Positions 9,210-17,861 of a stretch of DNA of 28,165 bases are shown here, one piece after another. The DNA lies in contig JBKGZT010000012.1 in the NCBI GenBank assembly GCA_046543235.1, forward strand, positions 1 to 28,165, written 5' to 3'. Source of the DNA: Candidatus Acetothermia bacterium. Lineage in GTDB: Bacteria > Bipolaricaulota > Bipolaricaulia > M55B111. The notes beneath the pieces are model-generated. The model was not told the DNA's origin. It made no database searches and saw only the letters and a program-made list of their open reading frames with translations. Both the position numbers and the translations under genes were made by a program. Numbering within the stretch: position 1 is the stretch's first letter; every line of letters begins with the position of its first letter.

Positions 9210-9245
9210 GGGCTACCCCGGTAATGTGGGTAGCCCAAATTTTTG
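9210..9245 (+). terminator. Probable intrinsic terminator
   Basis: GGGCTACCC, 9-nt loop, GGGTAGCCC, followed by AAATTTTTG. Confidence 0.6.
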
Positions 9246-9476
9246 TAAACTCGGATGCTCTCTCTTCTACAAAGGAATAATATAACTTTCTAACAAACTC
9301 CAGTACCGGTTTAACTTTGGTCGGACCCTGGTGAGGGAGTTTGAGAAATCCAAGCCGGAGTTTTTTGAACTTCCAGTGAAGGCCTGAATTTACGTAGAGA
9401 TAAGGATCCTAGACATAATAACGAGACAAAGGTACTTGGTGCCTTTAGCCGGAACTTTTACCGGCAAAGTGAAATG

Positions 9477-9504
9477 TTGACTCTTTTTAAAGTTTAATTA
9501 TCTT
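9477..9504 (+). promoter_or_regulatory. Probable promoter of the mur/ftsW operon
   Basis: TTGACT (9477-9482), 16 bp, TATCTT (9499-9504) in an AT-rich tract. Confidence 0.5.
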
Positions 9505-9574
9505 GATTTTAACAGCACTTCAAGAATGTATGGAAAAGTGCTAGGAGAAACGGAGCCACGACGGGGACTCAAGC

Positions 9575-10891
9575 ATGAAAATCAATGACGGACTACCGGA
9601 CGCGGAAAGGGTTACCGTGGTCGGTGCCGGGGTGACTGGACGCGCCGTCGTCGAGTACCTGGATCGAACTGAGGTTAGTTTGTTTGTCACCGACCAGGGA
9701 GAAATCAACCGGGAAACACGAGATTACTTCCTGAAGGGCGGGATCGACTTCGAAGAAGGCGGGCATACCGACCGTGCTCTTGATTCGGATTGCCTAATAG
9801 TTTCCCCGGGCGTCCCACCGGAAAGCGAGCTAATGCGGAAAGCAAGGGCCCGGGGTTTGAGGATCATGGGGGAAATAGAACTCGGGTGTCGACTATCGCC
9901 GAGCAAAACAACTGTAGCCGTAACCGGCACGAACGGCAAAACGACCACGGTGGAATTGATAGAAACGCTGCTAAATCTTTCAGGGAGACGGGCCCTTGGC
10001 TGCGGTAACACAGGTGATCCGTTCATCGGAGCAATTCCCGATCTCTCGCCATCAACTATCCCCGTCGTAGAGGTAAGTAGCTACCAGCTACAGTACACCT
10101 CCGACTTCAGCCCTGACGTGGCGGTCCTTTTAAACATAGAGCCGGACCACCTAAAACGACATGGCACCTTTAATAACTACAGGGAGGCAAAGCTCAACCT
10201 TTTTCGCAATCAAGGGGCTCGAGATTACGCGGTGGTGAAGGAGGGACTCCACGTAGAAAATCTCCCGGGAGGAGCCACGGTCAGGAAGTTCGAACGGAAA
10301 GCCCTCCAGGGAATAGAACTTCCACCCCACCAGGAGGAAAACCTGGGCGCGGCGATCACGGCGGCTGAATGTGTGGTAGGAGATGACTTACCCTCCGCCA
10401 TCAATCCGGAAAAAATTACGGAAACGATCGACATCCCCCATAGGCTCGAGACGATCTCGGTTATCGGCGGTAAGGAGGTCATAAACGACTCAAAGGCGAC
10501 TAACCCCTCGGCCACCATTGCGGCGCTCGATAGCTTTACCCGACCAATCCACCTATTGTTAGGAGGCAAGAAAAAAAATGCGGGTTACGACGCCCTGGCG
10601 AAAAAAATGTCGGGAGCCCCGGTCGAAAAGGCGTATTTATTCGGCGACGCCAGAACCGGTCTGGGGGAAATTCTGTCAGAACAGGGTTACGAAACCTTCA
10701 CTTCTTACCCGTCCATGGAAAAGGCGGTAGTAGAAGCATTGGGAAACTCACGAAAAGGCGAGGTCGTCCTGTTCTCTCCGGCCTGTTCCAGTTTCGACCA
10801 ATTCTCGAGCTTCCGGGAGCGGGGAACCGAATTTACCAGAATCGTGAAGGAAGCCAACGACAACGGGAAGACAAACCCCCAAAACCTCTAA
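9575..10891 (+). CDS. murD: UDP-N-acetylmuramoyl-L-alanine--D-glutamate ligase
   Basis: VSPGVP, AVTGTNGKTTT, EVSSYQL, LNIEPDHL.RH, INDSKATN, SPACSSFDQF...ERG. Confidence 0.96.
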   Translation: MKINDGLPDAERVTVVGAGVTGRAVVEYLDRTEVSLFVTDQGEINRETRDYFLKGGIDFEEGGHTDRALDSDCLIVSPGVPPESELMRKARARGLRIMGEIELGCRLSPSKTTVAVTGTNGKTTTVELIETLLNLSGRRALGCGNTGDPFIGAIPDLSPSTIPVVEVSSYQLQYTSDFSPDVAVLLNIEPDHLKRHGTFNNYREAKLNLFRNQGARDYAVVKEGLHVENLPGGATVRKFERKALQGIELPPHQEENLGAAITAAECVVGDDLPSAINPEKITETIDIPHRLETISVIGGKEVINDSKATNPSATIAALDSFTRPIHLLLGGKKKNAGYDALAKKMSGAPVEKAYLFGDARTGLGEILSEQGYETFTSYPSMEKAVVEALGNSRKGEVVLFSPACSSFDQFSSFRERGTEFTRIVKEANDNGKTNPQNL

Positions 10892-11025
10892 CTGGCTCTT
10901 GGCGCAGTTCATCCTTACGACATAAATCACCCTCCCAAATGACAGGCAAGAAGGGGAAGAAAGACGACGGTCCTTGCAGAAAGGGGACACAAGGGATATA
11001 AAATACAATCCAGGTGGGTGAACTA

Positions 11026-12102
11026 ATGGTCAATTACAACGGTCCAAGCACAGGTTTATTGCTGAGCGCTTTTTTATTAACCGTATTCGGGTTGATCATG
11101 GTGTACAGTTCTAGCTGGGTTTACGCGGACCACCATTACGGAGATTCTTATTATCTTCTGCTAAAACAGTCCGTGGCGGGAGTGCTTGGAGTTGGAGCAC
11201 TTCTTTTCTTCATCAACATCGATCTATCTCGAATCTTACCCCTCAGTGGTTATATTTTGGCGGGTTTTACCTTTCTAACGCTTTTAACCCTCGTACCCGG
11301 CCTTTCCGCGGGGGGGCGCTGGCTCGACCTGGGCCCTCTCGCATTCCAGCCGACCGAGGGATTAAAATTCGGACTGATCATCTGGACCTCGTTCGGAATC
11401 GAGGATCTGGGTAGGAGGATTAAGGACTTCAAGCAGGGGATCCTGCCGTTCCTGGTTGTAGTGGGGTCCTTATCCCTGCTTACGCTACTTCAACCGGATT
11501 TCAGCACTACTTTTATCCTGATAGCCACGGTCGGCTTTCTCCTGTTTATCGGCGGAGCACGTCTTATTGACCTCGGAAAGGTTCTGGGGTTGGGATTGCC
11601 GCTGCTCGGCGGGCTCCTTGTGATAGAACCATATAGATTACAGCGGCTAATTTCTTTTTTCGGGCCGGGCCGGGACCCTCAGGAGACCGGTTATCAGCTT
11701 ACACAATCACTGATCGCTTTTGGCTCCGGCGGGATTTTCGGCAAAGGCCTCGGGGGGTCCGTGGGGAAATTTCTCTACCTGCCCGCGGGATATAACGATT
11801 TTATCTATTCTATCGTCGGGGAGGAGATGGGTTTTGTCGGTTCAATTGTACTTATTATTTTATTTGCTTTCTTCGGGATCGAAGGATTCAGGATAGCCGT
11901 TGAACAGGACAACTTAACGTGGGGTTTAATAGCCAGTGGTTTCACTTTCCTGATTTGTTTCCAGGCGTTGTTGAACTTCGCAGTCACGCTTGGGTTAATC
12001 CCGGTGACGGGGTTAACTTTGCCCTTTATAAGTTACGGAGGAACTTCGTTAATCGTTACTCTGGCCATGGTGGGAGTCCTCGTGAACATAGCTAGATCAT
12101 GA
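11026..12102 (+). CDS. ftsW: SEDS peptidoglycan polymerase FtsW
   Basis: GLIMVYSSS, RWL.LG...FQP.E, LQPDFST, GYQL.QSLIAFGSGG, DFIYS..GEE.G, P.TGLTLPFISYGGTS; lies between murD and murG. Alternative GTG start at 11014. Confidence 0.93.
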   Translation: MVNYNGPSTGLLLSAFLLTVFGLIMVYSSSWVYADHHYGDSYYLLLKQSVAGVLGVGALLFFINIDLSRILPLSGYILAGFTFLTLLTLVPGLSAGGRWLDLGPLAFQPTEGLKFGLIIWTSFGIEDLGRRIKDFKQGILPFLVVVGSLSLLTLLQPDFSTTFILIATVGFLLFIGGARLIDLGKVLGLGLPLLGGLLVIEPYRLQRLISFFGPGRDPQETGYQLTQSLIAFGSGGIFGKGLGGSVGKFLYLPAGYNDFIYSIVGEEMGFVGSIVLIILFAFFGIEGFRIAVEQDNLTWGLIASGFTFLICFQALLNFAVTLGLIPVTGLTLPFISYGGTSLIVTLAMVGVLVNIARS

Positions 12103-13214
12103 GAATACTGGTTACTGGAGGAGGCACGGGAGGTCATTTTTATCCGGCCCTCAGCGTCATGAAAGCCCTAAAAGCGAGCACAAACGAACATCAAATATGT
12201 TACGTAGGTACGGGAGAGGGTCTCGAGGCCGAGGTTGCCCCCGACTACGAGTGGTTAGACTTCCGCATCATTACTCTCACCGGACTCAGCAGAAGTAGTA
12301 TTTTGGGTTTTCTTAAGGGAATAGCATTTCTGCCGGTTGGGCTGATCCAGACTCTTCTGGTTGTAATTAGCTTCAAGCCGGACGCGATATACGGGACCGG
12401 CGGTTATACTACTTTCCCCCCTGCTTTCTGGGGTATACTGCTTGGGGTCCCCGTAATTACTCACGAGTTAAACTTAAAACCCGGGATAACCAACAGGGTT
12501 GTTTCCCGTTTCGTGAACAAGGTTTTGCTTTCCTTTCCGGAGACCGAGAACCTGTTGTCCGGAAAGAATTCGAAGGTTACAGGTACTCCGGTCCGGGAGG
12601 AGATCCGTAATCCCTCCGAAGACCTCGGTCCGAACGACTTTGGTTTAAGGCCGGATTCTCCTATAATTCTCGTATTTGGGGGTTCACACGGATCCAGAAT
12701 CCTGGCTAACAAAGTGTTCCGGTCGTTCGAAGAGGCCCGCGGCAAAGCCAGCCGGTCATTTCAGTTTTTAGTTCAGACCGGAAAGAACCGCTATTCCGAG
12801 TTCGAAAATAGGTTAAAACGGCTGGAAACCGAAAAAATACGGATCACGGACTATATCAAAAACATGGGAGATGTTTATAGTTTAAGCGATCTGGTGGTTT
12901 CAAGGGGCGGGGCAGGCACGATGGCCGAGTTAATAGAAGCGAGAAAACCGGCCATAATAGTACCCTGGAAGGGTGCAGCAGAAAACCATCAGTTCCACAA
13001 CGCCCGCTATCTGGAAGAAATAGGAGGGGCGTTGTTGGTCGAAGAAGAGGAATGGAAGGGATTATCCTTGCTGGAGACGCTCGAAGATATATTTACGACC
13101 GATGGGAGGTTGGAAGAAATGTCCAGGAGCTATGCGGAAATCACTAACTGGAGTGGAACGGGCGGAGTTGTCGATACAATCAATGAAATCGTCGGGGAAG
13201 TAGAACCATGTTGA
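12099..13214 (+). CDS. murG: Lipid I N-acetylglucosaminyltransferase MurG
   Basis: GGGTGGHFYPAL, GGY, HELN..PG.TNR, G.PVR, GGS.G, SRGGAGT..E, HQ..NA. Confidence 0.96.
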   Translation: MRILVTGGGTGGHFYPALSVMKALKASTNEHQICYVGTGEGLEAEVAPDYEWLDFRIITLTGLSRSSILGFLKGIAFLPVGLIQTLLVVISFKPDAIYGTGGYTTFPPAFWGILLGVPVITHELNLKPGITNRVVSRFVNKVLLSFPETENLLSGKNSKVTGTPVREEIRNPSEDLGPNDFGLRPDSPIILVFGGSHGSRILANKVFRSFEEARGKASRSFQFLVQTGKNRYSEFENRLKRLETEKIRITDYIKNMGDVYSLSDLVVSRGGAGTMAELIEARKPAIIVPWKGAAENHQFHNARYLEEIGGALLVEEEEWKGLSLLETLEDIFTTDGRLEEMSRSYAEITNWSGTGGVVDTINEIVGEVEPC

Positions 13215-14566
13215 CGATAGACCCGGAGAATAAATACCACTTGGTCGGTATCGGCGGGGACGGCATGAGCGGGCTAGCCCGGGTTCTCTTGCAGATCGGA
13301 GCGAGCGTGGTTGGTTCGGATATCAGGGAGAGCAAAAACACGGAGCTTTTACGCAGCTCCGGCGCCGAGGTCTACATCGGACACCGGAAATCCAACATTT
13401 CCCGTGACGTGGATACTCTGGTCGTCTCGTCGGCAATACCCGAAGGCAACGCGGAAGTAAAGGAGGCAAAAAGGAGAGGAATACCCGTACAAGAAAGGCT
13501 TGCCGCTCTGGCCGGGCTAATGGAGGAGAAAAAAAGCGTCGCGATTGCAGGTACTCACGGCAAGACTACGACTACCACCATGACCTCCACTTTGTTTGAA
13601 TTCGGCGGGAAGGACCCGACATTCATGATAGGCGCCGGCTGCGAACAGTTGGGAGGCAATGCCAAGCTGGGTGAGGGGCAGCATTTTATCTCCGAAGTAG
13701 ACGAATCCGACGGACATTTTACGGAACTCCACCCGGATATTTCCGTCATAACAAACATCGGGAAAGACCACCTGGATACTTACAAGAATCAAGAGGAGAT
13801 CCTGGCGGGTTTTCGTCAGTTCGTCAACCAGTCGAAAGAAACGATAATTTGTCTGGACGACGAAAACAGCAGAAAGCTATACGAGGATCTTCACGAACCA
13901 TTTACATTCGGAATTGAAAAGGAGGCCGACCTGAAGGCAAGCCGAATCCGGCAGTCAGGTTTGTGGACGAGCTTTGACCTGCAATTCCGCGGCCAGGAAG
14001 TCGGCAGTATAAAGTTGCCTGCACCCGGCAAACACAACGTCTACAACGCCCTAGCTGCTATGTCCCTCGGATATAGATCCGGGATGCGCTTCGACAGGAT
14101 GGCTGAAATACTGAAGGAGTTCCAGCTGCCAAAAAGGAGATTTCAGGTACTGCAAAATAATGGTTCTATCATAGTCGACGACTATGCCCATCTTCCAAAG
14201 GAAATCGAGGTAACTCTGGATGCCGTCAAAAGGGGCTGGGATCCGAACCGAATCCTGGCGGTCTTCCAGCCTCATCGTTTCAGCAGGACCAAACACATAA
14301 ACGGTCAGTTTGGAGATTCCTTTAAAGACGCCGACATGGTAGTTATAACGGGCATCTATCCGGCGTCGGAGACACCAATTCCGGGGGTCACCTCTCAACT
14401 AATCCAGAAATCAGTTGAGAAGACTAAAAAGAGGAACGTTTATCGTATACTCGAAAGAGAAGAACTCTATAGTTTCGTGAACGAAGAACTACGAGAGGGC
14501 GACTTCTTGATCGGTTTAGGTGCGGGAGATATCAACCAGTTCACCAGATCCATAGCGAAGGATTAA
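13208..14566 (+). CDS. murC: UDP-N-acetylmuramate--L-alanine ligase
   Basis: HLVGIGG.GMSGLA, AGTHGKTTTT, EVDESDG, DDYAH.P.E, FQPHRFSRT, GAGDI. Confidence 0.96.
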   Translation: MLTIDPENKYHLVGIGGDGMSGLARVLLQIGASVVGSDIRESKNTELLRSSGAEVYIGHRKSNISRDVDTLVVSSAIPEGNAEVKEAKRRGIPVQERLAALAGLMEEKKSVAIAGTHGKTTTTTMTSTLFEFGGKDPTFMIGAGCEQLGGNAKLGEGQHFISEVDESDGHFTELHPDISVITNIGKDHLDTYKNQEEILAGFRQFVNQSKETIICLDDENSRKLYEDLHEPFTFGIEKEADLKASRIRQSGLWTSFDLQFRGQEVGSIKLPAPGKHNVYNALAAMSLGYRSGMRFDRMAEILKEFQLPKRRFQVLQNNGSIIVDDYAHLPKEIEVTLDAVKRGWDPNRILAVFQPHRFSRTKHINGQFGDSFKDADMVVITGIYPASETPIPGVTSQLIQKSVEKTKKRNVYRILEREELYSFVNEELREGDFLIGLGAGDINQFTRSIAKD

Positions 14567-14612
14567 GAGCTCTACCTGGGCAAGAAAGCTCAATCACAGA
14601 AGAGGGGGCAAA

Positions 14613-15497
14613 GTGGTTTCTCTTTTAGCGAAAAAGCTCCAGAACGGCCTGAGGAGAGGATTTTCTCTTGGGAATCTAACGACCTGGGGGGTCGGGGGAC
14701 CCGCAGAGTTCTTCTGCGCGCCGGATTCAATCGGAGAAGCAGTAGCGGCGGTGGATTTTGCCTGGGAGGAGGAGCTTCCGTACAGGATCATCGGCAATGG
14801 AAGTAACGTGTTAATAGGAGACGAAGGGTATCCGGGATTAATAATCAACCCGAGAAGCGGTCTCGGCGGAATAGAAGTAGAGGGTAAAACTCTCAGAGCT
14901 GGTGCCACGGCATCCCTGAACGAACTCGCGGTGACCGCTAACGAATACGGCAGTCAGTGTTTGAATTTTCTTACGGGAATACCGGGTACCGTCGGCGGCG
15001 GGGTCGCCATGAACGCCGGGGCCCATGGAAAGGAAATATCCGAGTACTTAAAAACAGTCTCGTTTATAGACGAAAGCGGGAAGGTGAGGAAAACATCGGA
15101 TCTCTCGGAGGCCTTCGGATATCGAGAAAGCCCGTTCAGGGAACCCGGAAAAATAGTACTAGAAGTCGAGTTCGAACTCGACTACGACGAAAGACAACCG
15201 GAGATGGAACAGCTACTTCACTCTCGCAAAGAAAAAATCCCCTACGAAGAACGGACCGCAGGATGTGTATTCAAGAACCCCGACCACCACGAAAAGACGG
15301 CCGGAGAGCTACTCGATAAAGCAGGAGCCAAAGGACTGCGAGTCGGGGATGCGGTAGTCTCACACCAACACGCCAATTTCATACTCAACAAAGGCCATGC
15401 CACGGCCAAAAACATCCAAAACCTAATTGACATTTGCCGTCACAGGGTGTATAAAGAGTTTGGGGTGACACTCGTCACCGAAGTTATGGTCATTTAG
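14613..15497 (+). CDS. murB: UDP-N-acetylenolpyruvoylglucosamine reductase
   Basis: TTW.VGGPA, IGNGSNVL, GIPGTVGG...MNAGA, F.YR.S, AGCVFKNP, HANFI.N.G. Confidence 0.95.
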   Translation: MVSLLAKKLQNGLRRGFSLGNLTTWGVGGPAEFFCAPDSIGEAVAAVDFAWEEELPYRIIGNGSNVLIGDEGYPGLIINPRSGLGGIEVEGKTLRAGATASLNELAVTANEYGSQCLNFLTGIPGTVGGGVAMNAGAHGKEISEYLKTVSFIDESGKVRKTSDLSEAFGYRESPFREPGKIVLEVEFELDYDERQPEMEQLLHSRKEKIPYEERTAGCVFKNPDHHEKTAGELLDKAGAKGLRVGDAVVSHQHANFILNKGHATAKNIQNLIDICRHRVYKEFGVTLVTEVMVI

Positions 15498-15519
15498 GAT
15501 TGACACCCTGAAAACGTCT

Positions 15520-15548
15520 TTGCATCCATAGAAAGTATATTATATTAT
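15520..15548 (+). promoter_or_regulatory. Internal promoter for ftsA-parA-ftsZ
   Basis: TTGCAT (15520-15525), 17 bp, TATTAT (15543-15548). A TTGACA also lies at 15500-15505. Confidence 0.6.
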
Positions 15549-15813
15549 TACTTAAAGTTGATAGTAGGTGGATTTACGATAGAGCGGACTTCATAAAGCT
15601 ATATAGTAGTCCGCCTGGAAAACTTTGAAAAATGGGGGCTGCTTATCTCCGTTCAGTTGGGGGATTGAGCGGGGATGGGTGAAGTCATGGTTTTGGAAAC
15701 TCCACTACAAAAATGGATTCAGGGGCAAACAAAATTTTCAAATATTTTTCCTATAACGAAGAGTTCATCAGGGATTTCGGGTTGGTTTGGCGTGATTAAT
15801 AGGTGGTGATTTA

Positions 15814-17055
15814 ATGGAAAGCGAGGATTTGACAGTGGGGCTGGATATCGGTACTACTAAAATTGTCGCTTTAGTTGGTAACGTTGTAGATGGTTCAATA
15901 GAAATAGTGGGAATAGGCCAGGCCCCTTCCAAGGGGCTGGAAAAGGGCGTCGTAGTGGATATCGGACAGGCGACGAATTCGATCAGAAAGGCGGTCAGGC
16001 AGGCGGAAAAGATGGCGGACGTGGAAATAGATTCCGTCTACGCTGGTATTACTGGCAAACACATAAACTACCTGAACAATACCGGCACCGTGTCGGTAAA
16101 CAGGTCGGACGGGGTGATCCGTCAGGAAGACGTCAGGCGCGTAATTGAAACGGCAAAGGCCATGCAGCAAATACCACCGCAGTCCGAAATGATCCACATA
16201 ATTCCCCGTCAGTTCGTGGTCGATAACCAGGAAGGTATTTCCGACCCGGTCGGCATGACGGGCACACGACTTGAAGCCGACGTTCATATCGTTACGGGAG
16301 CAACCACGGCGGTCCATAATCTAACCAGGTGTCTTGATTCGCTCGGTATCGATATAGATCAGTTAGTTCTGGAACCTCTTGCTTCTTCTCACGCCGTATT
16401 ATCCTCGGCGGAAAAGGAGCTGGGAGTGCTATTAATGGATATCGGCGGTGGGACTACGGATCTGGCAGTATTCAAAAAAGGGGATATCTGGTTTTCCAAA
16501 GTACTGCCAGTTGCAGGAGAGCACATGACCAACGATATAACCGTTGGCCTTCAAACGCCCCTGGAAGTGGCAGAACAGATCAAGGTCGAGCACGGAACGG
16601 TATTTATCGACGAAGAGAACCAGGAGGAAGAAATCGAGGTAGCCACTGTAGGAGGAGACAAGGAAAAACGAGTGCCCCTGAAAAACCTGGCAAAGGTTAT
16701 AGAGCCCAGGGTGGAAGAGATATTCGACCTAGCTTTCCAGGAGCTCGAAGACGCGGGTTATCGGGACCTGATCCCTTCCGGAGTAGTACTGTCAGGTGGC
16801 ACCTCTCTACTAAACGGGATCGTAGAATACGGGAACCGTCACTTCGACCTGCCAATTAGACGAGGATCGACCCCGGACGACATTCATGGGTTGAGGGACG
16901 TCGTGGAGTCTCCGATTTACGCCACCTCCGTTGGTCTGCTGAAATACTCCGTGGGCTCAAACGATTACATGAGAAACGGAAAAAGGACGGGTAGAGGTGG
17001 CGAAACGGTTGTTTCGGATATTTTCAGCTGGCTGGCAAAGTTCTTCCGCGGGTAA
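15814..17055 (+). CDS. ftsA: Cell division protein FtsA
   Basis: GLDIGTTKI, DIGGGTTD, GVVLSGG, YATSVGL, C-terminal amphipathic helix IFSWLAKFF; SD AGGTGGTGA. Confidence 0.97.
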   Translation: MESEDLTVGLDIGTTKIVALVGNVVDGSIEIVGIGQAPSKGLEKGVVVDIGQATNSIRKAVRQAEKMADVEIDSVYAGITGKHINYLNNTGTVSVNRSDGVIRQEDVRRVIETAKAMQQIPPQSEMIHIIPRQFVVDNQEGISDPVGMTGTRLEADVHIVTGATTAVHNLTRCLDSLGIDIDQLVLEPLASSHAVLSSAEKELGVLLMDIGGGTTDLAVFKKGDIWFSKVLPVAGEHMTNDITVGLQTPLEVAEQIKVEHGTVFIDEENQEEEIEVATVGGDKEKRVPLKNLAKVIEPRVEEIFDLAFQELEDAGYRDLIPSGVVLSGGTSLLNGIVEYGNRHFDLPIRRGSTPDDIHGLRDVVESPIYATSVGLLKYSVGSNDYMRNGKRTGRGGETVVSDIFSWLAKFFRG

Positions 17056-17120
17056 CCGTCTAACCAACTGGAGGCCGCGATAGCTATTAAAAAAGCAAAT
17101 ATCAGCAAAGCCGATAAAAG

Positions 17121-17861
17121 ATGAAAAAAATCGCCATTATCAATCAGAAAGGGGGTACCGGTAAAACTACGACCGCGGTAAACCTGGGAAAGGGGCTGGC
17201 GGATAGGGGTATTAAGACCTTATTAATTGACGTCGACCCCCAGGGAAACCTCGCGACGTGGTTCGGTAAGGACTTTGAGAGAACCCTCTACCACCTGCTG
17301 GTGGAAAACGAAACGCCGGAAAGTTGTATCGTGCAGGTGGAAGAAGATCTTTACATGATTCCGAGCGACGAATCTACCGCCCAGGCGGAAAAGATACTTA
17401 CCGGCAAAACCAGCCGGGAGACTATGCTAAAGCGTAGACTGGAAGGACTTGACTCCTACGAAATCGTAGTGCTGGACTGCCCACCGAGCTTGAGCCTACT
17501 TAATCAAAATGCACTCGTTTACGCCGAATCCGCTTTCGTTCCCGTAAGTATGGATTACCTGGCCCTTGTCGGGGTTAGAAACATCTTGAAGAACATCAAG
17601 CGGATTAACGAGCTTCTGGAGTACGAGATAGAAGTAGAGCTGGTTATACCCACGTTTTTCGATATTAGGACGAACGAAAGCAAGGAGATACTGGAGAAAC
17701 TGAAGGATCACTTCGATGGAAAAGTAACCGAACCGATCAGGACAAACGTCCGGCTCTCCGAATCTGCAAGCTATAACCAATCTATTTTTGATTACGCTCC
17801 CAATTCCCACGGAGCCGAGGACTACGAAAAGTTAGTAGAAAGGGTGATAGAAGATGCATAA
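17121..17861 (+). CDS. ParA/Soj-family ATPase
   Basis: Deviant Walker A NQKGGTGKTT, DVDPQGN, Walker B LDCPPSL, Soj-like TFFDIRT and IRTNVRLSE motifs; no MinD-type C-terminal membrane helix. Confidence 0.93.
   Translation: MKKIAIINQKGGTGKTTTAVNLGKGLADRGIKTLLIDVDPQGNLATWFGKDFERTLYHLLVENETPESCIVQVEEDLYMIPSDESTAQAEKILTGKTSRETMLKRRLEGLDSYEIVVLDCPPSLSLLNQNALVYAESAFVPVSMDYLALVGVRNILKNIKRINELLEYEIEVELVIPTFFDIRTNESKEILEKLKDHFDGKVTEPIRTNVRLSESASYNQSIFDYAPNSHGAEDYEKLVERVIEDA

Noticed and set aside
17121-17861. Calling the ATPase MinD or the chromosomal partition ParA
   Set aside because: No C-terminal amphipathic helix and no minC/minE; no parB or oriC-region genes adjacent. Left as an orphan Soj-like ParA.
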